DNA of 63,205 nt from Bdellovibrionales bacterium (GCA_043739185.1 JAYUEN010000034.1:1-63205); one strand, 5' to 3'; counted from the first letter of the stretch, positions 7,294-17,481 are shown. Numbers and translations: made by a program. The notes: a model not told the origin generated them from the letters alone.

Positions 7294-9705
7294 ATGGAAT
7301 TAGAACGAAGCACGACCTTAAAAACCAATCCTTTTGATACAAACAATACTCCAAAACAGGCCCCATCAGCCGTAATGCGAGTCAAAAAGCGTGATGGCTC
7401 TCTAGTACCAGTAAATGTCACCAAAATCGTTGAGCGCGTCATGCGCTGTTGTTATGGCCTGACTGAGGTCGATCCCTACCGCGTTGCCGTTCGTGCAATC
7501 AGCGGCCTTTATGATGGTGCAACGACCAAAGAGCTTGATGATCTTTGTATCGCAACCGCGAGCTTACTTATTGGTGAAGAGCCTCAGTACTCTTTACTTG
7601 CAGCTAATTTGCTATCTACTTATGTTGAAGAAGAAGTTCGTACGACCGGAGTCCGATCTTTTAAAGATGCCGTTGAATACGGCGGACGTGCCGGCTTAAT
7701 CAATCAAGATGTCGTTAAATTTGTACAAGAAAATGCCCATGAGCTTGAAGTGGCTCTTGATTATACTCGTAACCAACTCTTTGAATATTTTGGATTGCGA
7801 ACTGTTTATGATCGCTACTTATTAAAAGATCCAAAAACCCGAAGCGTATTTGAAACTCCACAGTACTTTTTTATGCGCGTTGCTTGTGGCCTCGCTAAAA
7901 ACGCAGCTGAGGCTGTCGAGCTTTATGAGCTGACTTCTAAACTAGACTATATGCCCAGTACCCCGACCCTATTTAATTCAGGAACCCTTCGCCCACAAAT
8001 GAGCTCGTGCTATTTGCTCGACTCACCTGAGGATGAACTGTCCTCTATTTATAAAAAATATACAGACATTGCTCTTTTATCAAAATTTGCAGGTGGCATC
8101 GGAGTAGCCTATCACCGTGTACGTGCTCGTGGTTCTTTGATCAAGGGCACCAATGGCCACTCCAACGGAATTGTACCCTGGCTTAAGACTCTCGACTCTT
8201 CAGTCGCTGCTGTTAATCAGGGTGGCAAGCGCAAAGGTGCTTGTTGCGTTTATCTTGAAACTTGGCATGCGGATATCGAAGAATTTTTAGAACTTAGAGA
8301 CAATACTGGTGATGAAGCTAGGCGCGCTCATAATCTCAATATTGCCAATTGGGTTCCTGACTTATTTATGAAGCGAGTTGAAGCTGGCGGCACGTGGTCC
8401 TTGTTTGATCCAAAGGTGGTTCCGCAATTGACTGATTTGTTTGGCCCTGCTTTTGATGAGCTCTACCTCGATGCCGAAGTGAAAAAGCTTTATACTAAGC
8501 AAGTTGATGCGCGCGGGCTTTATTCTCGAATGATGAAAACGCTTGCGCAAACCGGTAATGGTTGGATGACCTTCAAAGATGCTTCGAACCAAAAATGCAA
8601 TCAGACCAAGATGCCAGGCAATGTGGTTCATCTCTCGAATTTATGTACTGAAATTCTCGAGGTCACGAGCAACGAGGAGACTGCGGTTTGCAATTTAGGA
8701 TCGGTCAACCTTTCAAGGCATATCAATGGCAATCAATTCGATTTTGAAAAATTACAAAAAACCGTACGAACGGCCGTCAAATTTTTAGATAAAGTTATCG
8801 ACATTAATTATTATCCGATCGACCAGGCCAAGGGCTCAAATCACAAATGGCGTCCTGTCGGCTTAGGCGTTATGGGATTACAAGATACTCTTTTTAAACT
8901 GCGCCTGAGTTTTGATTCAGAAGAAGCACGTAAACTTTCGGCCCGCATTCAAGAAGAAATTTATTTACATGCCTTAGATACTTCTTGCGAACTTGCTCGC
9001 GAACTTGGAGCGCATACAAACTTCAAAGACACACGCGCCGCCGATGGCATATTACAATTTGATTTGTGGGGTGTTACTCCGGTGAATACCCAGGCTTGGG
9101 ATACACTGCGCGCCAAAATTAAAAAGTATGGTTTAAGAAATTCATTGCTCTTGGCCATAGCCCCTACAGCTACTATTGCTTCCATCGTAGGATCCTATGA
9201 ATCTATTGAGCCCCAAATCAGCAATTTGTTTAAACGCGAAACCCTCTCCGGAGAGTTTCTGCAAATCAATAAATATCTGGTTCAAGAGTTAAAGGCCTTA
9301 GGCCTATGGACTGAAAAAATCCGCGGCGAGATCAAACGCGCCGAAGGCAGCATTCAAGATGTCACCGAAATTCCAGTTGAGCTGAAACAAATTTACCGAA
9401 CATCCTGGGAACTTCCGATGAAAGCCCTTATTGATATGGCCGCTGACCGCGGAGCTTATATAGATCAAAGTCAGTCTTTGAATTTGTTCATGGAGAGCCC
9501 CAATATTGGTAAACTTTCTTCAATGTATATGTATGCATGGAAGAGAGGAATTAAGACCACCTATTATTTACGCTCAAGACCGGCGACGCGCATATCTCAA
9601 ACTGCTCATGCCCCGACTCCCGAAATGGCAAAACCACAGGTGAGTGATCAAGAAGCAGTGGTATGTTCGCTTGAGAATCCAGAATCATGTGAGAGCTGTA
9701 CGTAA
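7294..9705 (+). CDS. nrdA: ribonucleoside-diphosphate reductase class Ia, alpha subunit, with N-terminal ATP-cone
   Basis: VKKRDG ATP-cone, PSTPTLFNSG, SSCYL, SNLCTEI, APTATIA, KTTYYLR, C-terminal CESC. Confidence 0.97.
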   Translation: MELERSTTLKTNPFDTNNTPKQAPSAVMRVKKRDGSLVPVNVTKIVERVMRCCYGLTEVDPYRVAVRAISGLYDGATTKELDDLCIATASLLIGEEPQYSLLAANLLSTYVEEEVRTTGVRSFKDAVEYGGRAGLINQDVVKFVQENAHELEVALDYTRNQLFEYFGLRTVYDRYLLKDPKTRSVFETPQYFFMRVACGLAKNAAEAVELYELTSKLDYMPSTPTLFNSGTLRPQMSSCYLLDSPEDELSSIYKKYTDIALLSKFAGGIGVAYHRVRARGSLIKGTNGHSNGIVPWLKTLDSSVAAVNQGGKRKGACCVYLETWHADIEEFLELRDNTGDEARRAHNLNIANWVPDLFMKRVEAGGTWSLFDPKVVPQLTDLFGPAFDELYLDAEVKKLYTKQVDARGLYSRMMKTLAQTGNGWMTFKDASNQKCNQTKMPGNVVHLSNLCTEILEVTSNEETAVCNLGSVNLSRHINGNQFDFEKLQKTVRTAVKFLDKVIDINYYPIDQAKGSNHKWRPVGLGVMGLQDTLFKLRLSFDSEEARKLSARIQEEIYLHALDTSCELARELGAHTNFKDTRAADGILQFDLWGVTPVNTQAWDTLRAKIKKYGLRNSLLLAIAPTATIASIVGSYESIEPQISNLFKRETLSGEFLQINKYLVQELKALGLWTEKIRGEIKRAEGSIQDVTEIPVELKQIYRTSWELPMKALIDMAADRGAYIDQSQSLNLFMESPNIGKLSSMYMYAWKRGIKTTYYLRSRPATRISQTAHAPTPEMAKPQVSDQEAVVCSLENPESCESCT

Positions 9706-9759
9706 GAGAGACTTAAAAGTTTGATGTTCGCGAAGAAAATGCACTAGAGGAGACCATTG

Positions 9760-10758
9760 ATGTTATTAGATCCAGGATTCAATCTGACCTTACGGCCCAT
9801 GAAGTATCCGGTATTTTATGAAATGTATAAAAATGCCATCAAGAATACTTGGACGGTCGATGAGGTCGATTTTTCAAAAGACACAACCGACCTCCATTCG
9901 AAATTGAATCCCGCAGAAAAACATTTGATTGGTCGATTGGTGGCTTTTTTTGCAACCGGTGATTCGATTGTGGGGAATAACTTAGTTCTCAATTTGTACA
10001 AACATATTAATTCACCTGAAGCCAGACTCTATCTATCTCGTCAACTCTATGAAGAGGCCCTACACGTTCAGTTTTACCTCACCTTACTTGATACCTATAT
10101 TCCTGACCCAGAGGCCCGCAATCAAGCTTTTGCGGCAATTGAAAATATTCCTTCAATTAAAGCTAAAGCGAAGTTTTGTTTTAAGTGGATGGATTCAATC
10201 AATACACTCGACAAAATTGAATCGACTCAAGATCGCCGAAAATTCTTAATGAATCTTATTTGTTTTGCGACCTGTATCGAAGGCCTATTTTTCTTTGGGG
10301 CTTTTGCCTATGTTTATTTTCTACGTAGCAAGGGTTTGCTTGATGGCTTAGCAAGTGGCACAAACTGGGTATTCAGAGATGAAAGTGCGCATATTAATTT
10401 TGCTATGAAAGCGGTTGAAATCGCTCGCAACGAAGATCCGAGTCTTTTCAATCAAGGGATGCAAGATATGGTTGTTGCCATGCTTGAAGAAGCCGTTGAA
10501 TGCGAGATGGGCTTTGCCAATGACGTCCTTGAATTAGGGCTTGCAGGACTTTCACCAAAAGATATGCGCCAATATCTCGAATTTATTGCAGACCAAAGAC
10601 TTCAGGCCCTTCATATTCCCCCACGTTTTGGCTCCAAAAATCCTTTCGGCTTTATGGAACTTCAAGATGTTCAAGAACTCACTAACTTTTTTGAGAGAAG
10701 AGTTTCTGCATATCAGGTGGGAGTTTCAGGAGCCGTTAGTTTTGATGAGTCCTTTTAA
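9760..10758 (+). CDS. nrdB: ribonucleoside-diphosphate reductase class Ia, beta subunit
   Basis: FFATGDSIV, EEALHVQFY (radical Tyr), IEGLFF, DESAH, NFFERRVSAY. Confidence 0.97.
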   Translation: MLLDPGFNLTLRPMKYPVFYEMYKNAIKNTWTVDEVDFSKDTTDLHSKLNPAEKHLIGRLVAFFATGDSIVGNNLVLNLYKHINSPEARLYLSRQLYEEALHVQFYLTLLDTYIPDPEARNQAFAAIENIPSIKAKAKFCFKWMDSINTLDKIESTQDRRKFLMNLICFATCIEGLFFFGAFAYVYFLRSKGLLDGLASGTNWVFRDESAHINFAMKAVEIARNEDPSLFNQGMQDMVVAMLEEAVECEMGFANDVLELGLAGLSPKDMRQYLEFIADQRLQALHIPPRFGSKNPFGFMELQDVQELTNFFERRVSAYQVGVSGAVSFDESF

Positions 10759-10773
10759 TTCAAAGGACTTCTT

Positions 10774-12336
10774 GTGCGCACACCCTTGGCCAAACGACTT
10801 GCTCTCCTGTTAAAGAAAGCAAATTATTTAAACGAGCATCCCGAAATTTCATTAAATCAATTTTGTGATGCTCTTGAAAGCAGACGAGAGTTTTTAAAAA
10901 AATCAGCACTCGTTTTAGGCGGAAGTATTTTTTCATCCTGCCAAAGCCTCAGTTTACCTGAAAAGCTTTCGCTCAAAAATGAAGACTCCAGAGTCCTGAT
11001 TCTCGGTGCAGGCATGGCGGGCCTGACCAGCGCCTATTACCTTACGAAAGCTAATATTAAATGTGAAATATATGAGTCAAGTCTGCGCTCTGGGGGGAGA
11101 GTCTTTACCAAAGACAATTTCAATCAAGAACATATGTACTGTGAATTGGGCGGCGAACTTATTGATAGCAATAATCAAGACATCCTCAATTTGTGCAAAG
11201 ATTTTTCAATTGAAGTCGAAGCCTTTGCTGAGTTTGATAAAGGCTATGAACCCAATCTTTATTTCATAAAAAATAAATTGTATACCGATCGCGACCTTCT
11301 GCCGGCATTTCAAAAATTTGCAAAGCATCTTATAAAGTCAAAGAAGCAAGAGCTTAAAAAAATCGATCAAATCTCTTTGGCCGAATATCTCTTTAAACTA
11401 AAAGATGTCGAACCTTGGCTGCTTGAAGTACTGCGAGTGGCTTACGTCGGAGAATCTGGAGTTGAAGCTGAAGCACAATCAGCCCTGATGATGGTGGGTA
11501 CTATTTATTCGGATTTTAGTAAAGCTACGAGATTTTTCGGAGACAGTGATGAAGCACTTAAGATAAAAGGTGGTAATTCACGCCTGACTTCAGCTCTCGA
11601 AAACTATCTTATTTCAAATGGCGTGAAAATTCATTTCGGCACCCCTCTGGTCGGAATCAAAGAACAAACTCAAAAACTTGAGTTGCTCTTTGCAAAAGAT
11701 CATTCGAAGTTTAGTGTTTTGACTGAAAAAGTTGTTTGCACAATTCCATTTACAAAATTGCGTGAGGTCGAAGGTATTTTTGAGCTTTCACTTCACCCTA
11801 CTAAAAAAGCCTCGATTAAGAATTTGCTTTATGGAACAAATTCAAAAATGATGCTCGGATTTGATAAGCCTATCTGGAGAAACTCTCCAACGCCGCACTC
11901 TAATGGAATGGTCTATACGGATCTTATGGATCAAAACCTATGGGAAACCAGTCGTCTTCAAAAGGGAAATAAAGCCATCCTTACAAGTTTCACGGGAGGC
12001 AAAGCAGGCGAGAAATTATCGGTAGACCAAATTCCTAAGTACCTTGAAAGCATTGACAAGATATTCCCGGGAGCGCTTAAAATCTTTGATTCAAATTCAG
12101 CCGTCTTCAATTGGGCACGCTATCCGCACTCTAAAGCTAGCTATTCAGCTTTTGCCCCAGGGCAGATGACCCAATTTGGAGACATTTCATCTCGGCCGGA
12201 ACTATCCAATCGGCTTCTCTTTGCAGGCGAACATGCAACTTCAGAATTTGCAGGATTTATCAATGGTGCAGCCCTCTCAGGTAGATTGGCGGCTGAAAAA
12301 ATAAAAGCCCAAAACAACTTGGTTCAGTCATTTTAG
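10774..12336 (+). CDS. flavin monoamine/L-amino-acid oxidase family protein, Tat-motif lipoprotein-like
   Basis: SRREFLKK twin-arginine motif, GAGMAGL, GGRVFT, FAGEH. Confidence 0.85.
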   Translation: MRTPLAKRLALLLKKANYLNEHPEISLNQFCDALESRREFLKKSALVLGGSIFSSCQSLSLPEKLSLKNEDSRVLILGAGMAGLTSAYYLTKANIKCEIYESSLRSGGRVFTKDNFNQEHMYCELGGELIDSNNQDILNLCKDFSIEVEAFAEFDKGYEPNLYFIKNKLYTDRDLLPAFQKFAKHLIKSKKQELKKIDQISLAEYLFKLKDVEPWLLEVLRVAYVGESGVEAEAQSALMMVGTIYSDFSKATRFFGDSDEALKIKGGNSRLTSALENYLISNGVKIHFGTPLVGIKEQTQKLELLFAKDHSKFSVLTEKVVCTIPFTKLREVEGIFELSLHPTKKASIKNLLYGTNSKMMLGFDKPIWRNSPTPHSNGMVYTDLMDQNLWETSRLQKGNKAILTSFTGGKAGEKLSVDQIPKYLESIDKIFPGALKIFDSNSAVFNWARYPHSKASYSAFAPGQMTQFGDISSRPELSNRLLFAGEHATSEFAGFINGAALSGRLAAEKIKAQNNLVQSF

Positions 12337-12359
12337 GCTTCAAATGCTAAAAAGCAAAA

Positions 12360-12758
12360 TTACTTTTTAATACTTTTCTTAGTGGTTTTTGTTTTTGTGC
12401 CTGAAGATTCGGTTTTAACTTCTGTTGTCGCAGCAGCGGCCATCAAAAGTTTTTGTCCGGTACCTTCTAGCAAAATGCAGCCTTTTTCATCTCTCCAAAA
12501 ACTAACGTTGGTAATGAAATCAACTGAATTTTGCGTTTGAGCCGATTTAATGGCTTCGTCAAAAAGTCCGATAGAGCCTTTGTCTTTACCGCTATCTGCG
12601 CAAAAAGTTCCGGTCACGGGGCCTTTTTCTTGAAGTTTAGCTGTAGGAGGCAAAAAAGATTGAGTCATCGAAACAACACTTACATCCATGACTTTAACTT
12701 TAGATGCGCAACCCAGACTTAGCATGCACGCCGATGCGAATAATATTAAATTTTTCAT
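12360..12758 (-). CDS. small lipoprotein (TRL/YbjQ-like fold suspected) with Lys/Thr-rich tail
   Basis: Lipobox SLGC, two further Cys; ATGA overlap with the upstream gene. Confidence 0.6.
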   Translation of the reverse strand: MKNLILFASACMLSLGCASKVKVMDVSVVSMTQSFLPPTAKLQEKGPVTGTFCADSGKDKGSIGLFDEAIKSAQTQNSVDFITNVSFWRDEKGCILLEGTGQKLLMAAAATTEVKTESSGTKTKTTKKSIKK

Positions 12759-13129
12759 TTGTAGCCCACTCCTGTCACGATGATACAATTTTTAGCAAAT
12801 AGACCCGCATCAAATCCGTCATTTCCGGTTGATACATTGTTCACATAGCGAATGGCATTGGCATGGGTCGCATCGGTTTTAAAGCCAGCAGACTCCATTG
12901 AGCTTGCTTGATTTTTCGCATTGATAAAGGCCTTATCAATGGTCGGATCGCCGCCGAGTTTGTAACCAAGTAGGGTATAGGTGCAATCTTCACCACGAAC
13001 ATTTCCTACTGATGTTCCCTTTTGCGGATTATCGTCGAAGCCTATGAGCTTCACATTGTTTGCATACTGGTAAGTTGCGCAGCTGCTGAGTAAGCCAGCT
13101 AAAGCAACGAGAGAAAAAAATCTTTTCAC
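12755..13129 (-). CDS. small lipoprotein (TRL/YbjQ-like)
   Basis: Lipobox LSSC; GEDC...LLG and CIIVTG pattern; AGGAGG RBS. Confidence 0.65.
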   Translation of the reverse strand: MKRFFSLVALAGLLSSCATYQYANNVKLIGFDDNPQKGTSVGNVRGEDCTYTLLGYKLGGDPTIDKAFINAKNQASSMESAGFKTDATHANAIRYVNNVSTGNDGFDAGLFAKNCIIVTGVGYK

Positions 13130-13216
13130 AAATCCTCCTTAATAAATTTTTCTTATTAGCTCGCGACTAGAAGCAAAAGTCAAAATACTTATGCGCATTA
13201 ATTTGAAGATGAAAAT

Positions 13217-13648
13217 CTATTCATTTTCAAATGGCTTCAAGGCATAGTCGATCCATCGATTTTCGGTTTCAAATAGTCGCACATTGAAAATCTCGGCTTC
13301 AACCTCTTTGGTTTTTGCTGACTGCAACTCCTCAAAAATAAAGCGTGCGATATTTTCTGGAGTGGGCACATTCTTTTTAAAAAACTCGAGGTCGGAATTT
13401 AAAAATCGATGATCTAATTTTTGGCTAAGGCTTGATATCCAGGCATCAATTTGTACAAGATTAACAATCATTCCTGAAAGCGGATCAATTTTACCTGTAT
13501 AACTTACTTCTGCTCGAAAGTTTCTGCCGAAGCCATCATACTTTGAAAGATCACCATAAATTTCTCGATTTTCTGTTTCTGAAAGATCTGCCAATTTATA
13601 GGCATACCCGCAGCTAAAATGAAAAGCGCGTACAATTTTCGCCTTCAC
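13217..13648 (-). CDS. 6-pyruvoyl-tetrahydropterin synthase/QueD-like T-fold protein with degenerate active site
   Basis: LSETEN, IDPLSGMIVNL, LDHRFLN, PTPENIA and FET are conserved; the Zn-binding His residues and catalytic Cys are absent. Confidence 0.8.
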   Translation of the reverse strand: MKAKIVRAFHFSCGYAYKLADLSETENREIYGDLSKYDGFGRNFRAEVSYTGKIDPLSGMIVNLVQIDAWISSLSQKLDHRFLNSDLEFFKKNVPTPENIARFIFEELQSAKTKEVEAEIFNVRLFETENRWIDYALKPFENE

Positions 13649-14151
13649 AGCTCGCCACCACCTGAGAGGATAATGAATATTTGAGTTTCATTCGGAAGAC
13701 TTGATACCCATGAGTTTTCGATTGCTTTAGCCCCTACTCCGATGCCAATGCCAGGGGCTTTCATGACAAGACCGCCCTCAATAAATGGCGTGACATTACC
13801 TTGCGAGGGAAATCTCATTCCGGGCCCAGCAAAAGCGGTAAAACCAAAGCCCGAAAGATCGGCAGAGTAAACCCCTCTGGCAGAAGAATCGAGACCAAAG
13901 AAGTTTTGCGTGCCCGAGCCAAATCGTCCAAATAAAGCATTGCGAAAGTCAAAATATGGATTGAAATAGAGGTTTAGGCCCAAATCGATTTCGGTATAGC
14001 TTTGATTATTGATCGTCCCAGATGAAAGCCCCAAATCAAATGTTTTTTTATAAAATATATCATCGCCACTTTTTTGTGATTTTGCATAGGTGGTATTTGA
14101 GCAAAGAAATATGGCCAAGATCATCAAGCTTTGAACGAATACGAATTTCAT
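13645..14151 (-). CDS. exported hypothetical protein, possible small beta-barrel
   Basis: Signal peptide followed by alternating Gly/aromatic beta-strand-like segments. Confidence 0.55.
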   Translation of the reverse strand: MKFVFVQSLMILAIFLCSNTTYAKSQKSGDDIFYKKTFDLGLSSGTINNQSYTEIDLGLNLYFNPYFDFRNALFGRFGSGTQNFFGLDSSARGVYSADLSGFGFTAFAGPGMRFPSQGNVTPFIEGGLVMKAPGIGIGVGAKAIENSWVSSLPNETQIFIILSGGGEL

Positions 14152-15332
14152 TATTTAACTCTCTTTTGCTGATTCATGATATTTTTTATTTCCTCTTTGC
14201 TCAAATTAAGTTCATTCAAGATTTTTAGAGTATGTCCACCCAGCACTGGTGAAGCCTTTATCTCAGTCATTTTAGATCTTGAAAACTGAAAAGGCGGCAT
14301 AATATAAGTATTCTTGCCACTCTTACGAAGAATTTTTAAATCCTTTACCGGACTTTGCTTCAATGCCTTCGGAATATCAAGAGCAGGACCTGCCGGAACT
14401 CCAAATTTCAGTAATCTTTTTGCCAGAGCTACGGCACTTTCCTTTAGCAATGCTGGGCGCAACTTTTTTTCAAGCATTTTGCGATTTTGAATCCTGAGTC
14501 GATTGGTCAAAAAAAGTTTATCACTCCCCAAATTCTTAAGATTTAGTACCTCACATAGCTTCTGAAACTGGCGGTCATTGCCACAGGCAATATAAATTCC
14601 TAAATCACGGGTTTGAAAAAGGTCATAGGGCGCAATATTGGGGTGGGTATTTCCCAATCTCGTTGGGAGCTTATTTGAAAAGAAAAAATTGCTCGCTTGA
14701 GGATGCAATATTGATATCGCATTTTCAAACAAAGAGGTTTCAATTTTTTGGCCAAGACCTGAAAATTCTCTCTCAAAGAGAGCCGCTAAAATTGCAAAAG
14801 CACAGTTTTGACCTGTCACCAAATCAACGATCGGAACGCCTACTTTGGTAGGCCCCTCACTGCCATTGATGCTCATGAGACCACTCCAGGCCTGAATGGC
14901 AGCATCATATCCAGGATATGTCTTAAAATCACCCCGTGATCCGAATCCAGAGATCTGACAATGAATGAGCCTGGGATATTTCTTCTTTAAAATTGCACTC
15001 GATAGGCCAAATTTATTCATGTCTCTGTATTTGAAATTCTCAATCAATACATCGCTTGTCGACAAAAGCTGATGCAAAGCTTTAAGTGAATCTTGAGATC
15101 TCAAATCAAGCACGAGAGATTTTTTATTGCGATTGATCCCGGTAAAATATGCACTTTGACCATTTTTAAATGGTGGGCCCCAGCGCCTGGTCTCATCACC
15201 TTCTGGCGATTCTATTTTTATTATTTCGGCACCTTGATCAGATAATATTTGAGAACAAAAGGGCCCAGCCAGAATGCGCGACAGATCAAGAACTTTAATT
15301 TTTCTCAAAATGCTGGCGTGAGACATATTCAA
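14151..15332 (-). CDS. CoA-transferase family III (CaiB/BaiF)
   Basis: VLDLSRILAGP, GDETRRWGPP, NRNKKS, GYD motifs. Confidence 0.92.
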   Translation of the reverse strand: MNMSHASILRKIKVLDLSRILAGPFCSQILSDQGAEIIKIESPEGDETRRWGPPFKNGQSAYFTGINRNKKSLVLDLRSQDSLKALHQLLSTSDVLIENFKYRDMNKFGLSSAILKKKYPRLIHCQISGFGSRGDFKTYPGYDAAIQAWSGLMSINGSEGPTKVGVPIVDLVTGQNCAFAILAALFEREFSGLGQKIETSLFENAISILHPQASNFFFSNKLPTRLGNTHPNIAPYDLFQTRDLGIYIACGNDRQFQKLCEVLNLKNLGSDKLFLTNRLRIQNRKMLEKKLRPALLKESAVALAKRLLKFGVPAGPALDIPKALKQSPVKDLKILRKSGKNTYIMPPFQFSRSKMTEIKASPVLGGHTLKILNELNLSKEEIKNIMNQQKRVK

Positions 15333-15355
15333 CTTTGCTCCTGATTACTACCGGC

Positions 15356-15385
15356 AAAAAAAAAGCGACTCCTTTTGAGAGTCGC
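15356..15385 (-). terminator. intrinsic terminator of the small Lys-rich gene
   Basis: GCGACTC/GAGTCGC stem plus 9-nt U-tract on the minus strand. Confidence 0.8.
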
Positions 15386-15409
15386 CTATATTAAGTCAGA
15401 CTTACTAAA

Positions 15410-15613
15410 TTAGTTGCCTGTTGGTGCAGCTGCTGGTTCTGCTGGAGCATCAGCTGGAGGCGCGGCTTCTTTTTTGCCTTTTTTGCCTTTTTTGCCTTTT
15501 TTCTTTTTGTGCTTCTTTGCACCACCCTCATCAGCATGAACTGGCATACTTACTGTGGTTACTGCAAACGCTGCTAGAACTGCTAACAGAGAAAGGATTT
15601 TAGTGAATTTCAT
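15410..15613 (-). CDS. small exported Lys-rich/Pro-Ala-rich protein
   Basis: AGGAGG RBS, Sec signal ending VHA, own terminator. Confidence 0.8.
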   Translation of the reverse strand: MKFTKILSLLAVLAAFAVTTVSMPVHADEGGAKKHKKKKGKKGKKGKKEAAPPADAPAEPAAAPTGN

Positions 15614-15829
15614 GATTCCTCCTATGGATTTCTTTTTTCACCGGTTGGTCTTTCATAAAGAGTAATTCAAATGTTTCGATTGTCAAAATTTGTTTCTCGA
15701 AACTTCGCTTTATTTTGCTCTGTCCCGATCTCTAAGGACTTCCAGAGATAAAAAAAAATTTATCTAAGAGCCAGTACAGAGATTTTCTTTGTTGATTGAT
15801 CAAATGACCGATTCTGTTATACTTCTTGC

Positions 15830-16411
15830 ATGGATGCATTCTATCGGCTTTTTATCAAAGGCCTTATCACAGTCCTGCCGATTTCACTTACTCTCTACTT
15901 ACTATTCTGGATAACCGCGCGTGTAGATGCCATCTTTGGGACTCCCATTGCAAACTTAATGGGCGAGCACTATATTCCAGGCATCGGATTGGTGATCGGA
16001 TTTTTAGGAATTCTCCTTGTCGGTGTTTCGGTCAATAATTTCATCTCCAAACATTTTTTAGATTGGCTTGAAAAAAGAATTCAAAGTGTTCCCTTTGTAA
16101 AAACCATTTACAATCCGCTTCGCGACGTCATGAATTTGTTTGGGGCCGAAGCTTCTGACAAGATGAAACGAGTTGTCCTGGTTGAGCTGGTGGCAGGCTC
16201 AGGACTTAAAAGCATTGGGCTTGTGACTCGCGATCGATTTCAAGATTTGCCGCAAGACCAATTTCGAGATCTTATTGCGGTTTTTATTCCTTATAGTTAT
16301 GCACTTGGTGGCTTCACACTCTTGGTCCCAAAGTCACAAATTATTGAAGTGGATATTCCGGTCGAAAAGGCAATGCAACTGGCTATTACCGCATGGGTTC
16401 AGAAAAACTAG
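15830..16411 (+). CDS. DUF502 family membrane protein
   Basis: GLITVLPI, two TM helices, PFVKTIY, VLVE, AVFIP. Confidence 0.85.
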   Translation: MDAFYRLFIKGLITVLPISLTLYLLFWITARVDAIFGTPIANLMGEHYIPGIGLVIGFLGILLVGVSVNNFISKHFLDWLEKRIQSVPFVKTIYNPLRDVMNLFGAEASDKMKRVVLVELVAGSGLKSIGLVTRDRFQDLPQDQFRDLIAVFIPYSYALGGFTLLVPKSQIIEVDIPVEKAMQLAITAWVQKN

Positions 16412-16420
16412 ACCTAGTAC

Positions 16421-17260
16421 TCAAAGCATAAATCCGATTTCTAAATAAAAACTCCCGATTGCTGATTGAAAGGGAATGACAATAGCGCTTATCTTTTCAT
16501 GAATTTTGTAATGATCGCCAATTAGAATCTCGGGGAAACTTTGCTCCAGTTCAATTTGTGTCTTTTTTTGCAAATCTGCTTTCGCTTTACCAAGTATAAT
16601 ATTTAAAATTTCGCCTGCAGATTGGTCGATTTCTTCTTGAGTTTGAATTCCCACTTGAGATTCTTTCATAATTTCCGCATAGAGCTTCTCAAAAACATTT
16701 CTTTGAAAACCTAAAACTACCGAGCCCTCAAATTTGCTACTCTTAACCAACATATGGCCAGCAATTTGAAATTTGCTACATTCCCCGGGATGTTTGAGAT
16801 TAGGCTTTTGAGCCTCTACCACCAAGCCGGCTTGCTCTTTCATAAAGTGAACCGTGGCTTCAAGAAAAGGATTGATGAGTTGCACATTAATTTTCGATTT
16901 ATTTTGCGCTTTGAGTTTTTCATTTAGTAGGCGACGGGCCTGCTCCATATTTTGAAGCGGATTGAATATTCCCTCAACGCCCCCATCTTTAAGCTTTGGC
17001 AAAATTCTTTCAGGCACATTGATCGATGCCAAGACTTTATCTTGAGCTTTCAAATCATTTTGAAACTGCACAAATGGTCTAAACGCTGAAGGCATAATGG
17101 TTACGACTTGCTTGAGATCCATGAGGTGCATAAGACTTCGACTCTTTTTCCAGAATTGCATGGCAGATTCAAGCTGCGGGGTATTTTTTGCATCAATTAC
17201 GGACGGTAGCAGTACAATATGCATTCCGTCTTTTTCTTCAGACTGAAAGAGTTCGCTCAT
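16421..17260 (-). CDS. STAS-like domain fused to a CheX-family chemotaxis phosphatase domain
   Basis: C-terminal INPFLEA...GEILNIILGKAK...IPF (CheX ExxN motif); N-terminal anti-sigma-antagonist-like region. Confidence 0.7.
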   Translation of the reverse strand: MSELFQSEEKDGMHIVLLPSVIDAKNTPQLESAMQFWKKSRSLMHLMDLKQVVTIMPSAFRPFVQFQNDLKAQDKVLASINVPERILPKLKDGGVEGIFNPLQNMEQARRLLNEKLKAQNKSKINVQLINPFLEATVHFMKEQAGLVVEAQKPNLKHPGECSKFQIAGHMLVKSSKFEGSVVLGFQRNVFEKLYAEIMKESQVGIQTQEEIDQSAGEILNIILGKAKADLQKKTQIELEQSFPEILIGDHYKIHEKISAIVIPFQSAIGSFYLEIGFML

Positions 17261-17481
17261 AGTTTTGTCTCAATTCCGTATACGTCCAGTTTTATTGATC
17301 TCCATCTAGAATATCAAGCTGCTCGTTAAACTCCAGACAAAAAGCGAGTCTTGTATCGGTCCGATACGGGCTTATAAATAACTTTACAGTTAATATTTGT
17401 CCAGATGAATTGTAGAGCATTGAGTTTTAGAAAAATAAAAACTCGTCTCAAATTAAGAGCCCAATCTGACGATAAAAGCTT

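Noticed and set aside
9760..10758. Possible non-canonical (class Ic/Ie) RNR beta subunit
   Set aside because: The Asp first ligand, both ExxH motifs and the radical Tyr are present, consistent with a conventional tyrosyl-radical enzyme.
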